This document shows, in pieces, positions 1-12,999 of a DNA stretch of 64,000 nucleotides. Source of the DNA: Candidatus Hydrogenedens sp. (GTDB lineage: Bacteria; Hydrogenedentota; Hydrogenedentia; Hydrogenedentales; Hydrogenedentaceae); NCBI GenBank assembly GCA_049968235.1, contig JBMFRC010000007.1:32001-96000 (forward strand). Direction: 5' to 3'. The notes under the pieces were generated by a model. That model had not been told where the DNA came from. It worked only from the letters and a program-made list of their open reading frames with translations, and searched no databases. Position 1 is the stretch's first letter. Each line of letters begins with the position of its first letter. A program made the position numbers and the translations under genes.

Positions 1-853
1 GGTATTTTTATCCTGGGATGTTATAGAAAAAGAATCAGAAGAATCTAAAGTACAGATACTTCTGGTAGCAGCGAAAAATGAGGCTATAAACAGCCGTCTT
101 CGTATTTTCCAGGCATGTGATATTGCATGTTCGGTGTTTGATATAGATTCAATTGCGGTATATAACGCAATAGAAAGGTGTCATTTATTGCATCCCGAAG
201 AAAGCGTTGCTATTTTTGACATTGGTTACTCTTCTTCAAGTATACATTTTGTTCGCGATATGAAATCTGTGTTTATCCGAGATTTAATGTGGGGGGCAAA
301 AGATATTCTTGATGCTATCGTAAAGGAAAGAAAATGCGATTATAAACAAGCGGAAAAAGACTTAATTTTAGCAAGCAAAGAAGCCAAAGAAGAACATCCC
401 GAAGCTGTTGAAATTGCCACACCTGAAGTAGGTGAAGTAGAAGAAGCAATTGTAGCAGAACCTGTTTCCCCACTTGAACCTTTAGATGATGAATTTGATA
501 TTGATAGACCACCTGTAGAAGTTATAGGTTTTACACCAAAAAGTATAAGTGAAATTATGATTTCGCCTATGAATCGAATGGTGAGTGAGGTAAGACGCTC
601 TTTTGATTTCTATGAACACCAACTTTATGAAAAACCTGTTAAAAAGATTATTCTTTGCGGTGGTATATCTTGTTATCCTTTAATTGGCGCAACATTAGTG
701 GAAGAATTTGATGTAGATTCGGTCGAACTTGCTGATTTAACGACTTCAGAAGTTTTTCTTTCCAATTCAAAATCATTAGAAATTTTCAAAGAGCATTCAG
801 CAAAATTTGCTGTTGCTTTTGGCTTAGCAGCACGAGGATTATCAGAAATATGA
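1..853 (+). CDS. pilM: type IV pilus assembly ATPase-like protein PilM (5'-partial; the frame is open to window position 2)
   Basis: The frame containing the 134..853 ORF has no stop back to nt 2. The translation is actin-like and PilM-like ('DIGYSSSSIHFVRD...'). It is immediately followed by pilN, pilO, pilP and pilQ with overlapping or abutting stops and starts. Confidence 0.75.
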   Translation, partial: VFLSWDVIEKESEESKVQILLVAAKNEAINSRLRIFQACDIACSVFDIDSIAVYNAIERCHLLHPEESVAIFDIGYSSSSIHFVRDMKSVFIRDLMWGAKDILDAIVKERKCDYKQAEKDLILASKEAKEEHPEAVEIATPEVGEVEEAIVAEPVSPLEPLDDEFDIDRPPVEVIGFTPKSISEIMISPMNRMVSEVRRSFDFYEHQLYEKPVKKIILCGGISCYPLIGATLVEEFDVDSVELADLTTSEVFLSNSKSLEIFKEHSAKFAVAFGLAARGLSEI

Positions 854-1581
854 TAAGAATTAATTTATTACCCGAACAATATAGACCTGTAAAGAAATCC
901 ATACTTCCATACTTTTTGGCAATGGTGATATGTGTTTTAGGTATTCTGTCTATTATTTTCTTTTACTTATCACTACACCAAAAAGTTATTCAAGTTGAAA
1001 CACAAAAAAGTAAACTCCAAAAAGAATATGACTCTCCAACTGAATTAAGAAATGAAGATGGAGAATTTATAACCCTATCAGGAGTTGTAAATGAATATCG
1101 GAAGTTAGATAAGAAAAAACAGGAATTAGAAAAAAGAGTGGCTGTTATTCAGGAAATTCTAAGTGACCGCATTATCTGGTCTGAAAACCTTTTCTTGCTT
1201 GCTACATTGACGCCAGAAAATGTTTGGTATGATAGAATTCGTGTTACATGGCAGACATTTCGGGAAAAAGTTATTAAAATAGACCAAAAAACAGGCAAAG
1301 CAGTTATTGACCCTAAAACAAAAGAACCTCAATTTGAACAGAAAAGTGTAAAGAAGCCTATTCTCGAAATCACTGGTTATGTAATTAGTGGAGAACAAGG
1401 TGAACGACAAATATCTCCTCTTATTGAAAATACAACAGACCCCGAAAAAGCATCCTATTTCGTAAAACAGTTTACTTTATTAAGACCTAAGATTGAAGAT
1501 ACAGAGTTTAATGGTTTTTCCGTTCGTAAATTTACATTAGAATATTTAATTGAAGCCAAACCGGGAGTCAAAAATGATTGA
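850..1581 (+). CDS. pilN: type IV pilus biogenesis protein PilN
   Basis: N-terminus 'MIRINLLPEQY' followed by a single TM helix, which is the characteristic PilN start. Its start overlaps the pilM stop (ATGA). Coiled-coil region plus C-terminal domain. Confidence 0.75.
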   Translation: MIRINLLPEQYRPVKKSILPYFLAMVICVLGILSIIFFYLSLHQKVIQVETQKSKLQKEYDSPTELRNEDGEFITLSGVVNEYRKLDKKKQELEKRVAVIQEILSDRIIWSENLFLLATLTPENVWYDRIRVTWQTFREKVIKIDQKTGKAVIDPKTKEPQFEQKSVKKPILEITGYVISGEQGERQISPLIENTTDPEKASYFVKQFTLLRPKIEDTEFNGFSVRKFTLEYLIEAKPGVKND

Positions 1582-2161
1582 TTTATTTCGTGGCAAAATA
1601 ACAATTAAAGACTGGGCAATTTTCGGGTTGGTATTGGCAGTTGTTGTTGGTTTATTTATTACTGCCTACCTGCTACTCTTTATTCCACAACAAAATAAGA
1701 TAGCACAGATACAAAATGATATTAATAATTTGCAAAAGAAGATTTCAGATGCAAAAAAAACCGTAGATAATTATGACAAATTACAGAATCAAGCGAAGAA
1801 GATGGACAATTTAGTAAAAATGTTTAATGAACGATTGCCCGAAAAAAGAGAAGTCCCGAAACTTATGAAACAATTTGAAAGTATGGGAGATAGCCTAGGA
1901 TTAAAAACGCAACTTACTCCCCTACCTACAACCGTAGACGCATCAAAAGAAGTAATTCCGTATCAGGTTGTGGCTAAAGGTTCTTTTCATCAGATTGTTG
2001 CTTTTATCAACTTATTAGAAAAAGACCAGCGTTATCTAAAAATTTCAGACCTTGATATTGGCCCTGAAAAAGCAGGGATTTGTGAAGCAAAATTTGTTCT
2101 TAGTACATTCCGTTTCGTTGAACAAGAAGATACTGGAACCCAACAACAGAAGAAGTCATAA
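1574..2161 (+). CDS. pilO: type IV pilus biogenesis protein PilO
   Basis: Single N-terminal TM helix followed by a coiled coil ('NDINNLQKKISDAKK'), in the position expected for pilO. I chose the start at 1574 (ATGATTGA overlapping the pilN stop) rather than the track start at 1550. Confidence 0.6.
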   Translation: MIDLFRGKITIKDWAIFGLVLAVVVGLFITAYLLLFIPQQNKIAQIQNDINNLQKKISDAKKTVDNYDKLQNQAKKMDNLVKMFNERLPEKREVPKLMKQFESMGDSLGLKTQLTPLPTTVDASKEVIPYQVVAKGSFHQIVAFINLLEKDQRYLKISDLDIGPEKAGICEAKFVLSTFRFVEQEDTGTQQQKKS

Positions 2162-2163
2162 CT

Positions 2164-2745
2164 ATGGATAACAGAAGACAAATAATCATAGCAGGAGCAT
2201 TGCTCGTTATACTTATCGGCGTTCTCTTCTATCAATTCGTTTTGGCAAGGCCCAATGCACCAACTCCTTCGCCAACAACCAATACAAAAACAACTACGCA
2301 AACCCTTTCAACAACAACTTCTACACAAGTAGCATCTACATCCACAAGCGGAACATCCATTGCACCTACGATTGATACTCTGGAACAAAATGTTGATGAA
2401 ATCATCGAAAATTTATTAACTGCTATTCAAATAGTCCAATTTAACTATCAAGAAATAGTTCCTCCCCGTAACCCAATGACACCACTGGTTGGGGTAATAC
2501 CAACAACAATATTTGAGGCAGAAACCCCTGTTCCTAATACAGAAGTAACACCGGGACAGGTTCTCAGTAAAAAGATTTCGGCGATTATCTGGGATGAATA
2601 TCAACCTTTAGCCATAATTGACAATAAACTTGTGGCAGAAGGATATACTTTCCCAGACCGTATACAAGTATATAAGATTGAACCAACACGGATTATATTT
2701 AAACTCGAAGATACAATTTTCCCGGTAAGATTAAAGGAGCAATAA
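2164..2745 (+). CDS. pilP: type IV pilus biogenesis lipoprotein-like PilP, with a Thr/Ser-rich linker
   Basis: N-terminal TM/signal-anchor, then a Thr/Ser/Pro-rich low-complexity linker, then a C-terminal beta domain. Operon position between pilO and the secretin gene. Confidence 0.55.
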   Translation: MDNRRQIIIAGALLVILIGVLFYQFVLARPNAPTPSPTTNTKTTTQTLSTTTSTQVASTSTSGTSIAPTIDTLEQNVDEIIENLLTAIQIVQFNYQEIVPPRNPMTPLVGVIPTTIFEAETPVPNTEVTPGQVLSKKISAIIWDEYQPLAIIDNKLVAEGYTFPDRIQVYKIEPTRIIFKLEDTIFPVRLKEQ

Positions 2746-2746
2746 A

Positions 2747-5404
2747 ATGCAAAAAAGGAAAAACATCTGTTCCAATTTACAGCAATCTGCTATAATAGCA
2801 CCATGTAAAAAGGGGTTTTATGTTCCTGGTTTTCTTCTGTTTATTCCCTTACTTTTCATTGTTTGTTCACCATCCCTTGCTATTGATGATGGAACGAACT
2901 CTTTATGGAAACAGCAAGAAAATACATGGGTCTTCCAACTCAACAATAATCTCAATATGTCGTATCTCATATCGGAAAACAAAGAGAAAAATGAAATTAA
3001 ACTCACATTAGAATATTCCAACGGTATTTCTCTCTCTACGGAACAAATTTTACAAAACAAACCTGATTTTGTATCTATCGATTGTTCAAAAATAGACAAA
3101 TCTGGCATGGAATATACCTTTTCTATCGCATCCAACCATGCGTATAATGTCCAAAAAAACGAAAATAGTTTATCTATCATTTTTAAACCAGCGGGAAAAT
3201 ACCCTTCTGAAATTGAAAAGGTTGCTTCAGATATACAATCGCTCATAAATAATTCTAATATTAGAGGAACATCTATTGTTGATGAAAAAATTAACTCTTT
3301 AGACAACACAATATCTAAACTCCGGGTTGAAAATGAACTTAAATTAGCCAAACAAATCACACCTGAATTAATATTACAAAAACCCAATCAAGTTTTTAGT
3401 CAGAATATAAATGTAGCACAATCGCTTTCCGTTGGAAATGTAGGGAATCCAGAAAGAAAAATTGAAATTCGTGAAGCAAAACCTGTGGATACACCTCCCC
3501 CCCCACCCCCTCCTGCAGTAGAAAATACAGATACCCAACCGCAGGAGAATATTTCCCAAACACCTCCTGAAACACATAAAGAAGAAGCCTCTCAACAACC
3601 CCAAACTACACAGGAAACTCCCGCAGAAGAAGGAACGCAACCTCCTATGCCTCGTGAAGCAACACCGGAACAGGCAATCGATGCTACAGCAGAGATAACA
3701 AGAGAATTAAGAGAATTGCAAACTACAAATGAAGAACCAGATAAACAATTAGTTCCTATAACGCCAGAAGAAACAAAACCTGCAGGAAAAATAACCGAGG
3801 CAGAAAAACCAAAAGAGGAAATTTTATCAGAGGTAAAAATTAAACCTTCGCCTAAAGGTTTAGATACCATCACGGACTTTGAATGTGAACAGATGCCTTT
3901 AGCTAAAGTAGTTCCTTTATTAGCTTACAAAGCAGGGATAAATGTAATAGCGGGAGCAGACCTTAAAGGCAATGTTACTATGAGTTTGAAGCAAGTAACT
4001 CTTAGAAAAGCCATTGAAGCTGCTTTAAGAATGAATGGGCTTGGAATAATTCAAGAAGAAAATATCTATCGAATTGTTCCTTATGAAGAAGCGCTGTCCA
4101 GTGATAGAAGTACTATTGTTGTCCGTCTGGAAAACGCTAAAGCAACCGAAATAAGAAAAGTTCTCGAAGAAATTACAAAAGGGACAAAAGGTAGGGAATA
4201 TATTACCCTTAGTGCCAATGATACTACAAATGTAGTAATTCTCTCGGGACCAGAAGAAAACATTCAAGGTTTGGCACAAATGGCAAAGGAATTGGATATA
4301 GCCAAACCTATTATTCCTACAATAACAGCAACAATAAAACTAAACTATGCAGACCCCGACGAACTGGCAAAATCTATTCAAAAAATTCTCACACCTAAAA
4401 CAGGAAATGTATCTGCAGATGCTCGTGCAAGAAATATTATTGTAACCGATATTCCGGTGGTAGTTGAACAAGTAAAAGAAATTGTGAAAACCCTTGATAT
4501 TCCTGTTAAACAGGTCCTTATTGATACAATGGTTGTTGACGCTACATTAGGAGATGAATCACAAACAGGTATTGATTGGTTATTAAAATCGGTTCGTAAT
4601 CAGAGTTGGAGAGATTTTGTAATGTATGGACCTGAGGGTAGAAAAGTAGGTAATATTCAGCAACTTGATTTAGGTGGTGCATCCCAAACAGGTGATACGA
4701 TAGGCAACCTTACCTTCAATATTCTTACTCGTGAAATCGATTGGAAAGGTATAATTAAAGCCCAGATACAAAATCGGAATGGACATCTCATTTCCAACCC
4801 TGTTGTAGCCACTATTGAGAATAAACCTGCAACAATAACAATCTCTCAAGAAATTCCTTATATCGACCTTTCACAAACAAGTGAGGGAGGTGCTTTGACA
4901 AATACACGATTCAAACAGATAGGTACTGTTCTTGAGGTTACCCCGCGGGTTACTCATGATAATCATGTAATTATAGACATTAAGGGTAAAGAAAGCACTG
5001 TGGTCGGTGAGTTTAATGGTGTTCCCATTGAAGATATGAGACAGGTTACTAGCACACTTCATATTAATAGCGGTCAAACTATCTTTGTTGGCGGCTTAAG
5101 AAAACGCAATGATAGTGTAACCTCGCAGAAAATGCCCATACTCGGAGATATACCTGTATTAAATGTTGTCTTCAAATCTAATCAACGGAAGGCTCAAATT
5201 AATGAGTTATTAATCTTCCTTACTTGCTCTGTTTTAGAACAGGAATTACCGGAATTAACAGATGAGCAGAAAAAAGCCTATGACGACGCAAAACAGGCAC
5301 CTATGGATGCAGACCTCAGTAAATATATGGGACATGATATCCTTCACCCAAAAGATATATCTACTCCTCCCTATAAATGGAAAAGGGTCAAAAAAGACCA
5401 ATAG
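2747..5404 (+). CDS. pilQ: type IV pilus secretin PilQ
   Basis: C-terminal secretin signature ('GGLRKRNDSVTSQKMPILGDIPVLNVVFKS') and N-terminal secretin N-domains. Carries an internal Pro/Glu/Gln/Thr-rich linker (PPPPPPP...). Last gene of the pilMNOPQ operon. Confidence 0.85.
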   Translation: MQKRKNICSNLQQSAIIAPCKKGFYVPGFLLFIPLLFIVCSPSLAIDDGTNSLWKQQENTWVFQLNNNLNMSYLISENKEKNEIKLTLEYSNGISLSTEQILQNKPDFVSIDCSKIDKSGMEYTFSIASNHAYNVQKNENSLSIIFKPAGKYPSEIEKVASDIQSLINNSNIRGTSIVDEKINSLDNTISKLRVENELKLAKQITPELILQKPNQVFSQNINVAQSLSVGNVGNPERKIEIREAKPVDTPPPPPPPAVENTDTQPQENISQTPPETHKEEASQQPQTTQETPAEEGTQPPMPREATPEQAIDATAEITRELRELQTTNEEPDKQLVPITPEETKPAGKITEAEKPKEEILSEVKIKPSPKGLDTITDFECEQMPLAKVVPLLAYKAGINVIAGADLKGNVTMSLKQVTLRKAIEAALRMNGLGIIQEENIYRIVPYEEALSSDRSTIVVRLENAKATEIRKVLEEITKGTKGREYITLSANDTTNVVILSGPEENIQGLAQMAKELDIAKPIIPTITATIKLNYADPDELAKSIQKILTPKTGNVSADARARNIIVTDIPVVVEQVKEIVKTLDIPVKQVLIDTMVVDATLGDESQTGIDWLLKSVRNQSWRDFVMYGPEGRKVGNIQQLDLGGASQTGDTIGNLTFNILTREIDWKGIIKAQIQNRNGHLISNPVVATIENKPATITISQEIPYIDLSQTSEGGALTNTRFKQIGTVLEVTPRVTHDNHVIIDIKGKESTVVGEFNGVPIEDMRQVTSTLHINSGQTIFVGGLRKRNDSVTSQKMPILGDIPVLNVVFKSNQRKAQINELLIFLTCSVLEQELPELTDEQKKAYDDAKQAPMDADLSKYMGHDILHPKDISTPPYKWKRVKKDQ

Positions 5405-5571
5405 TTTACATTAATATAAATCTTAACCTTCTACTAAAACTATAAACTTCTGTCAATATTTATTTTATTCTTCTTACTTTGTCTGAATTTAGGTTGTAAC
5501 ATTAATAAAATATATTATATAATTTATTGTTTTTATAGATTGTAAAACAAATATATAAGGATTTTTATTCA

Positions 5572-6450
5572 ATGGAAACTATTAATTTACATAATTTTAA
5601 TCCAACTATAAAAATGTTATCTCTAATGAGAAAAAAGTCGGATTTAAAAAATTTATTATCTCCCCCACCCATTCAGATTTACGCAAACCGATTAAATTTC
5701 CATTCAAAGCAATTTGAAAAATATTTAAAATTATTTGATTTGCCATCTACCGATTTTTTGCCTATATCGTATCCTTTTATTTTAACAATGCCTATGCAAA
5801 TACAATTGTTTGCTCATCCATCAATACTTTTAAATCCTTTAGGATTTTTACATGTAAGCAATAATATGACATCATATAAACCTATCTCTAAAAATGAAAA
5901 AATGGAATCCTATTGCTATATAGATTCAACTCGATTAGTTAAAAAAGGCATGGAAATAGTTGTAAAAATCTTAATAAATATAAATTCCCAAACAATATGG
6001 GAATGTAAAAGCACCTATCTTAAATTTTCAAAAAAATATAGAGATGAAAAAGGAAATGAAAAAAAGACATTCTCTTTTGATTCATACGACAAATATGATG
6101 AAGAATACCATTGGCATGTATCAAGAAAAGATGCTTTTTCGTATGCTCATGTTTCTGGAGATTATAACTTAATACATCTCTCTTCGATATTTGCTCGCAT
6201 AACAGGTCTTCCTAAACCTATTATTCATGGTATGTGGTCTATTGGAAAATGTTTGCATTATTTAAATATAGACAGTCTGGGGTCATTATATTTTTACCAT
6301 GTATTTAAAGGACCTATCCCCTTAAATTCTTTTTGTAAACTGTGCATTATGAATATCCTAAATGATAGCAAACGTTTTGATTTATTTGTAGAAAACAATC
6401 CCCGTCCCTGTATACAAGGGATTATTTCCTCATCTCCTATAGAATCTTAA
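5572..6450 (+). CDS. MaoC-like (R)-hydratase/dehydratase, double hot-dog fold
   Basis: C-terminal half carries the MaoC hot-dog motif ('HVSGDYNLIHLSSIFARITGLPKPIIHGMW', compare with xGDxNPIHxD...AHGM). The N-terminal approx. 150 aa would be a degenerate hot-dog. Sits in a very AT-rich stretch. Confidence 0.5.
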   Translation: METINLHNFNPTIKMLSLMRKKSDLKNLLSPPPIQIYANRLNFHSKQFEKYLKLFDLPSTDFLPISYPFILTMPMQIQLFAHPSILLNPLGFLHVSNNMTSYKPISKNEKMESYCYIDSTRLVKKGMEIVVKILININSQTIWECKSTYLKFSKKYRDEKGNEKKTFSFDSYDKYDEEYHWHVSRKDAFSYAHVSGDYNLIHLSSIFARITGLPKPIIHGMWSIGKCLHYLNIDSLGSLYFYHVFKGPIPLNSFCKLCIMNILNDSKRFDLFVENNPRPCIQGIISSSPIES

Positions 6451-6568
6451 ACGACATATTTCTCCTATTGTCTTCTGACAAATTAAATCTATATAGAGTG
6501 AAATCGCACTCATAGTAATATTATCCACAGGTTATAAATACTCATCTATTCGGTATTACCTTTAATAT

Positions 6569-9763
<3,195 letters not shown>

Positions 9764-9888
9764 TTACTCCTTTACACGCTAATTTTTCTTTGGTAAGATA
9801 AAGGATAGAATGCTAAAATATCTTTCTATCACTGTGATATATTAAATGATTTATAGTATAAGTTATCAACTGACGGAGAACCTTAGTT

Positions 9889-10455
9889 ATGATTATACAA
9901 AGTATAGAGCATTGCAGTTTAAAAGGAATTATTCATTTTAGACTTGGTAGATTTAATGATATACGCGGTTTCTTTACAGAACTATATCATCAGGATGAAT
10001 TAAAGAAGGTAGGATTTTCCGAAATATTTGTTCAGGATAACCTAAGCAAATCCCAGAAGGGTGTGCTCCGAGGGATGCATTACCAATTAGAGCCTTACGG
10101 CATGGGTAAATTAGTGTGCTGTGTTAGTGGTGGTATATATGATGTTGTAGTTGACCTGCGAACAGGTTCACCAACTTTTGGGAAATGGGAAGGTTTTTAT
10201 CTTACAGAAGGGGATTTAAGTCTTTTATGGGTGCCTGTAGGCTTCGCTCATGGTTTTCTGAGCCTTTACGACAATACCCATGTATTATACAAATGCACCT
10301 CTTTTTATAATATGCAGGCAGAGCGTTCTGTTTCATATTGTTGTCCCAAGATAGGTATCTACTGGCCTCAACAACCCGTTATCATCTCTGAAAAAGACAA
10401 AAATGCACCTACTCTCGAAAAAGCAGAATACAATTTCCTCTACAAAGAAGAATGA
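9889..10455 (+). CDS. rfbC: dTDP-4-dehydrorhamnose 3,5-epimerase
   Basis: Cupin core matching RmlC ('RGMHYQLEPYGMGKLVCCVSGGIYDVVVDLRTGSPTFGKWEGFYL...GFAHGF'). Length is typical of the family. Confidence 0.85.
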   Translation: MIIQSIEHCSLKGIIHFRLGRFNDIRGFFTELYHQDELKKVGFSEIFVQDNLSKSQKGVLRGMHYQLEPYGMGKLVCCVSGGIYDVVVDLRTGSPTFGKWEGFYLTEGDLSLLWVPVGFAHGFLSLYDNTHVLYKCTSFYNMQAERSVSYCCPKIGIYWPQQPVIISEKDKNAPTLEKAEYNFLYKEE

Positions 10456-10468
10456 TTCGGATACTAAA

Positions 10469-12016
10469 ATGTCAGTAATTCCCCTTTTTTTTGATAAATT
10501 ACGAAATTTATTTCTTAGTAATTATATATTTTCCTTCTACTATATAATTGTACTTGTTATTATCCTTGTCACAATTATCTCTGCGTTATTTCCTTATCAA
10601 ACACAAAATTTTTTCTATGAATACTTAGGTAAAGCATTCACTCGTTCTCAATCCTTGAAAATTATTATTCCAGACAACTGTGAAAATGACCGTATCTGCA
10701 TATCATCACTTATGGATTCATTAAAACAGAAACATAAAAAAATTCTCATTAAAGAAGTAGATTGCGAAAAAACCGCTTCTCCTATTGATATGTTAGTAAA
10801 AGGGAAAGGGGATATTATCGTCACTTCATCTATATCTGCTTTGATGAAAAAAAAGGGATTTACTGCTCTCTCAACAGCAGGTGAAAAAGGGATTTATATT
10901 ATTGCTCCTAAAAATTATAATTTTGAAGAATTCCAAATGTTAGCCGGGAAAAAAATTGGATTTTTAGGAGACATAACTACAGGAATTTATATAACAGAGC
11001 AGTTAATAAAATTTTATCATTTTGATGTTCCTCCTGAATTACATTCTCAAAAGATTTACAATGTCGAAAAATCTTTCTCCAGTGGTGAAATAGAAGCAGT
11101 TGTATGGGTTGAAGGAATTAATTCTTCCATAATTCGAGATTTTTTAAGTAAAACATGGTATCAGATTGTTCCGATTCAACAATCAAAAGACTTTTCGGAA
11201 ACAATACCGGGATTACATATAAAAAACTTAAATATATCCCCCTTCGGTTCTATCGACTTAATTTGTATTAAAAATATTCTGGCTATTTCAAATAGAGTGC
11301 CTAATTCTATTGTCCGAGAAGTGATAACTGCATGGTTTTCCTCTGAATTTATATTATATTCTCCTGAATATGAGCCCACTTGTAGCGCTTTTATTCCACC
11401 ACCATTCATTGATATTCATCCTGTTGCTTTGACTTATTTTAATAAGGACAAACCTTTAACCAGAACAGAATTGACAACTCTTGCTTTTTCTTTTATTTCT
11501 ATTCTCATCGCAATCCTATTATTAAAACAACTTTTTCATATATGGCTAAGACAAAGGAATAAGCCCTATGAAAAAGAATTAGAGAAAAGATGGGAAGAAG
11601 TAACATCCTTAAAGTATCAATGGGAAGTAGGTCTTTCAAATGATGAGATACTGATTCGATTAAAGCGAATAAAATCCATTTATAACTGGGCATTGGAAAG
11701 TTATAAACAAAATTTTATCTCCGAAAAAGAAGTTATGCTTCTCTACTTAAATATTCTTCATCAAATATTAGAATTTAACGAACAATATTTTAAATATTTA
11801 AATAAGAATAAAACTATTGATAAACTTTCGATAAACGGATTAACAACACCATCAACACAAATTCCGGATACAGAAGTCCAATCACTTCAAACTGTTCCCC
11901 GAACTTTTATTGATGAAAAAGATAAATATTTGAAGACACCTGTACCACAACAACGTTCCAGGGAACAGATACAACAAATGTTATTATTTGACCATAACCA
12001 GGATAGTGAAAAATAA
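10469..12016 (+). CDS. hypothetical membrane protein with a periplasmic solute-binding-like domain and a C-terminal coiled coil
   Basis: N-terminal TM helix, then an approx. 300-aa alpha/beta domain reminiscent of type-2 periplasmic binding proteins, a second TM helix, then a charged coiled-coil tail. I chose the start 'MSVIPLFF' because the track start at 10403 overlaps the rfbC 3' end. Confidence 0.3.
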   Translation: MSVIPLFFDKLRNLFLSNYIFSFYYIIVLVIILVTIISALFPYQTQNFFYEYLGKAFTRSQSLKIIIPDNCENDRICISSLMDSLKQKHKKILIKEVDCEKTASPIDMLVKGKGDIIVTSSISALMKKKGFTALSTAGEKGIYIIAPKNYNFEEFQMLAGKKIGFLGDITTGIYITEQLIKFYHFDVPPELHSQKIYNVEKSFSSGEIEAVVWVEGINSSIIRDFLSKTWYQIVPIQQSKDFSETIPGLHIKNLNISPFGSIDLICIKNILAISNRVPNSIVREVITAWFSSEFILYSPEYEPTCSAFIPPPFIDIHPVALTYFNKDKPLTRTELTTLAFSFISILIAILLLKQLFHIWLRQRNKPYEKELEKRWEEVTSLKYQWEVGLSNDEILIRLKRIKSIYNWALESYKQNFISEKEVMLLYLNILHQILEFNEQYFKYLNKNKTIDKLSINGLTTPSTQIPDTEVQSLQTVPRTFIDEKDKYLKTPVPQQRSREQIQQMLLFDHNQDSEK

Positions 12017-12039
12017 AATTTTAACAGATAGGGGTATCT

Positions 12040-12990
12040 ATGAAAAACCAATACATTTCGGATTTATATGAAGGAAACGAGGTAAATGACTATTTTATCC
12101 TTACGACAAAAAGTATAAGAGAACAACCCTCTGGAGATAGATTCTTAGGTTTTGTTGTTCGCGATAAAACGGGAGAAATGAGTGGTGTTTTATGGGATAA
12201 ACCAGAGGAAACTGCAAGAAGAATTGAAGTGGGAGATATTGTAGTCGTTAAAGGAACCATCAAATCGTATAAAGATAAATTACAAATTCATGCTACAAGT
12301 ATAATACCACTTGGAAAAGAACAATACGCAAAGGAAGATTTAATACTACCCGAAGAGACAAATACAAAATATCTAACAGAACTTTGGGCAATCCTTGATT
12401 CGATAAAGAATCCCTGGTTAAAAAAACTATTACAATCTATCCGTAACGATACACAACTAATTAATACTATGCAAAGTATACCCGCAGCTAAAAAATGGCA
12501 CCATGAAATTCGCGGAGGACTTCTTCGACATTGTTATGAATTGATAAAAATAGCATCCGCAGTTTGCGAGTTATATCCAAATGTAAATAAAGATTTATTA
12601 ATAACCGCCTGTTTTTTGCATGACATCGGAAAAGTCCATGAGCTAACGGATAATCCCATGCTCATTGATTATACAGATGCGGGAAAATTATTGGGGCATC
12701 TTGTCATCGGTGCTATTCTTATATCCGATAAAATACAAACAATTGAAGGTTTTCCCGAAGACTTACGATTACACTTACTCCACTGTATTTTGGCACATCA
12801 TGGGGAATTGGAAAAGGGTTCCCCTGTGGTTCCGAAAACATTAGAAGCCATGATATTACACTACTTAGACAATTTAGATGCACAAACCTACGCTTTAACG
12901 AGGATAGAAAAAGAGACCTTAAAAAAAGGAGATAAATGGTCTGAGTTCATCAATCTAATTTCACGACAAATCTGGACAAAAAAATTGTAA
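12040..12990 (+). CDS. yhaM: YhaM-like 3'-5' exoribonuclease (OB-fold plus HD domain)
   Basis: N-terminal OB-fold region and an HD motif ('HHEIRGGLLRHCYE...CFLHDIGK'). The domain order matches YhaM/Cbf1. Confidence 0.6.
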   Translation: MKNQYISDLYEGNEVNDYFILTTKSIREQPSGDRFLGFVVRDKTGEMSGVLWDKPEETARRIEVGDIVVVKGTIKSYKDKLQIHATSIIPLGKEQYAKEDLILPEETNTKYLTELWAILDSIKNPWLKKLLQSIRNDTQLINTMQSIPAAKKWHHEIRGGLLRHCYELIKIASAVCELYPNVNKDLLITACFLHDIGKVHELTDNPMLIDYTDAGKLLGHLVIGAILISDKIQTIEGFPEDLRLHLLHCILAHHGELEKGSPVVPKTLEAMILHYLDNLDAQTYALTRIEKETLKKGDKWSEFINLISRQIWTKKL

Positions 12991-12999
12991 TTCTAATTT

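Noticed and set aside
1550-1573. Track start for pilO at 1550 (MKPNRESK...)
   Set aside because: It overlaps pilN by 32 nt. An ATG at 1574 overlaps the pilN stop as ATGATTGA, which is the usual coupled arrangement. The change is small and either start is possible.
2818-3387. 189-aa minus-strand ORF inside pilQ, plus the other antisense ORFs inside pilQ (3374..4279)
   Set aside because: Fully embedded antisense to a confidently assigned secretin gene, with no RBS or recognisable motifs.
10403-10468. Track start at 10403 for the membrane/solute-binding-like gene
   Set aside because: It overlaps the last 53 nt of rfbC. An in-frame Met at 10469 lies just downstream of the rfbC stop.
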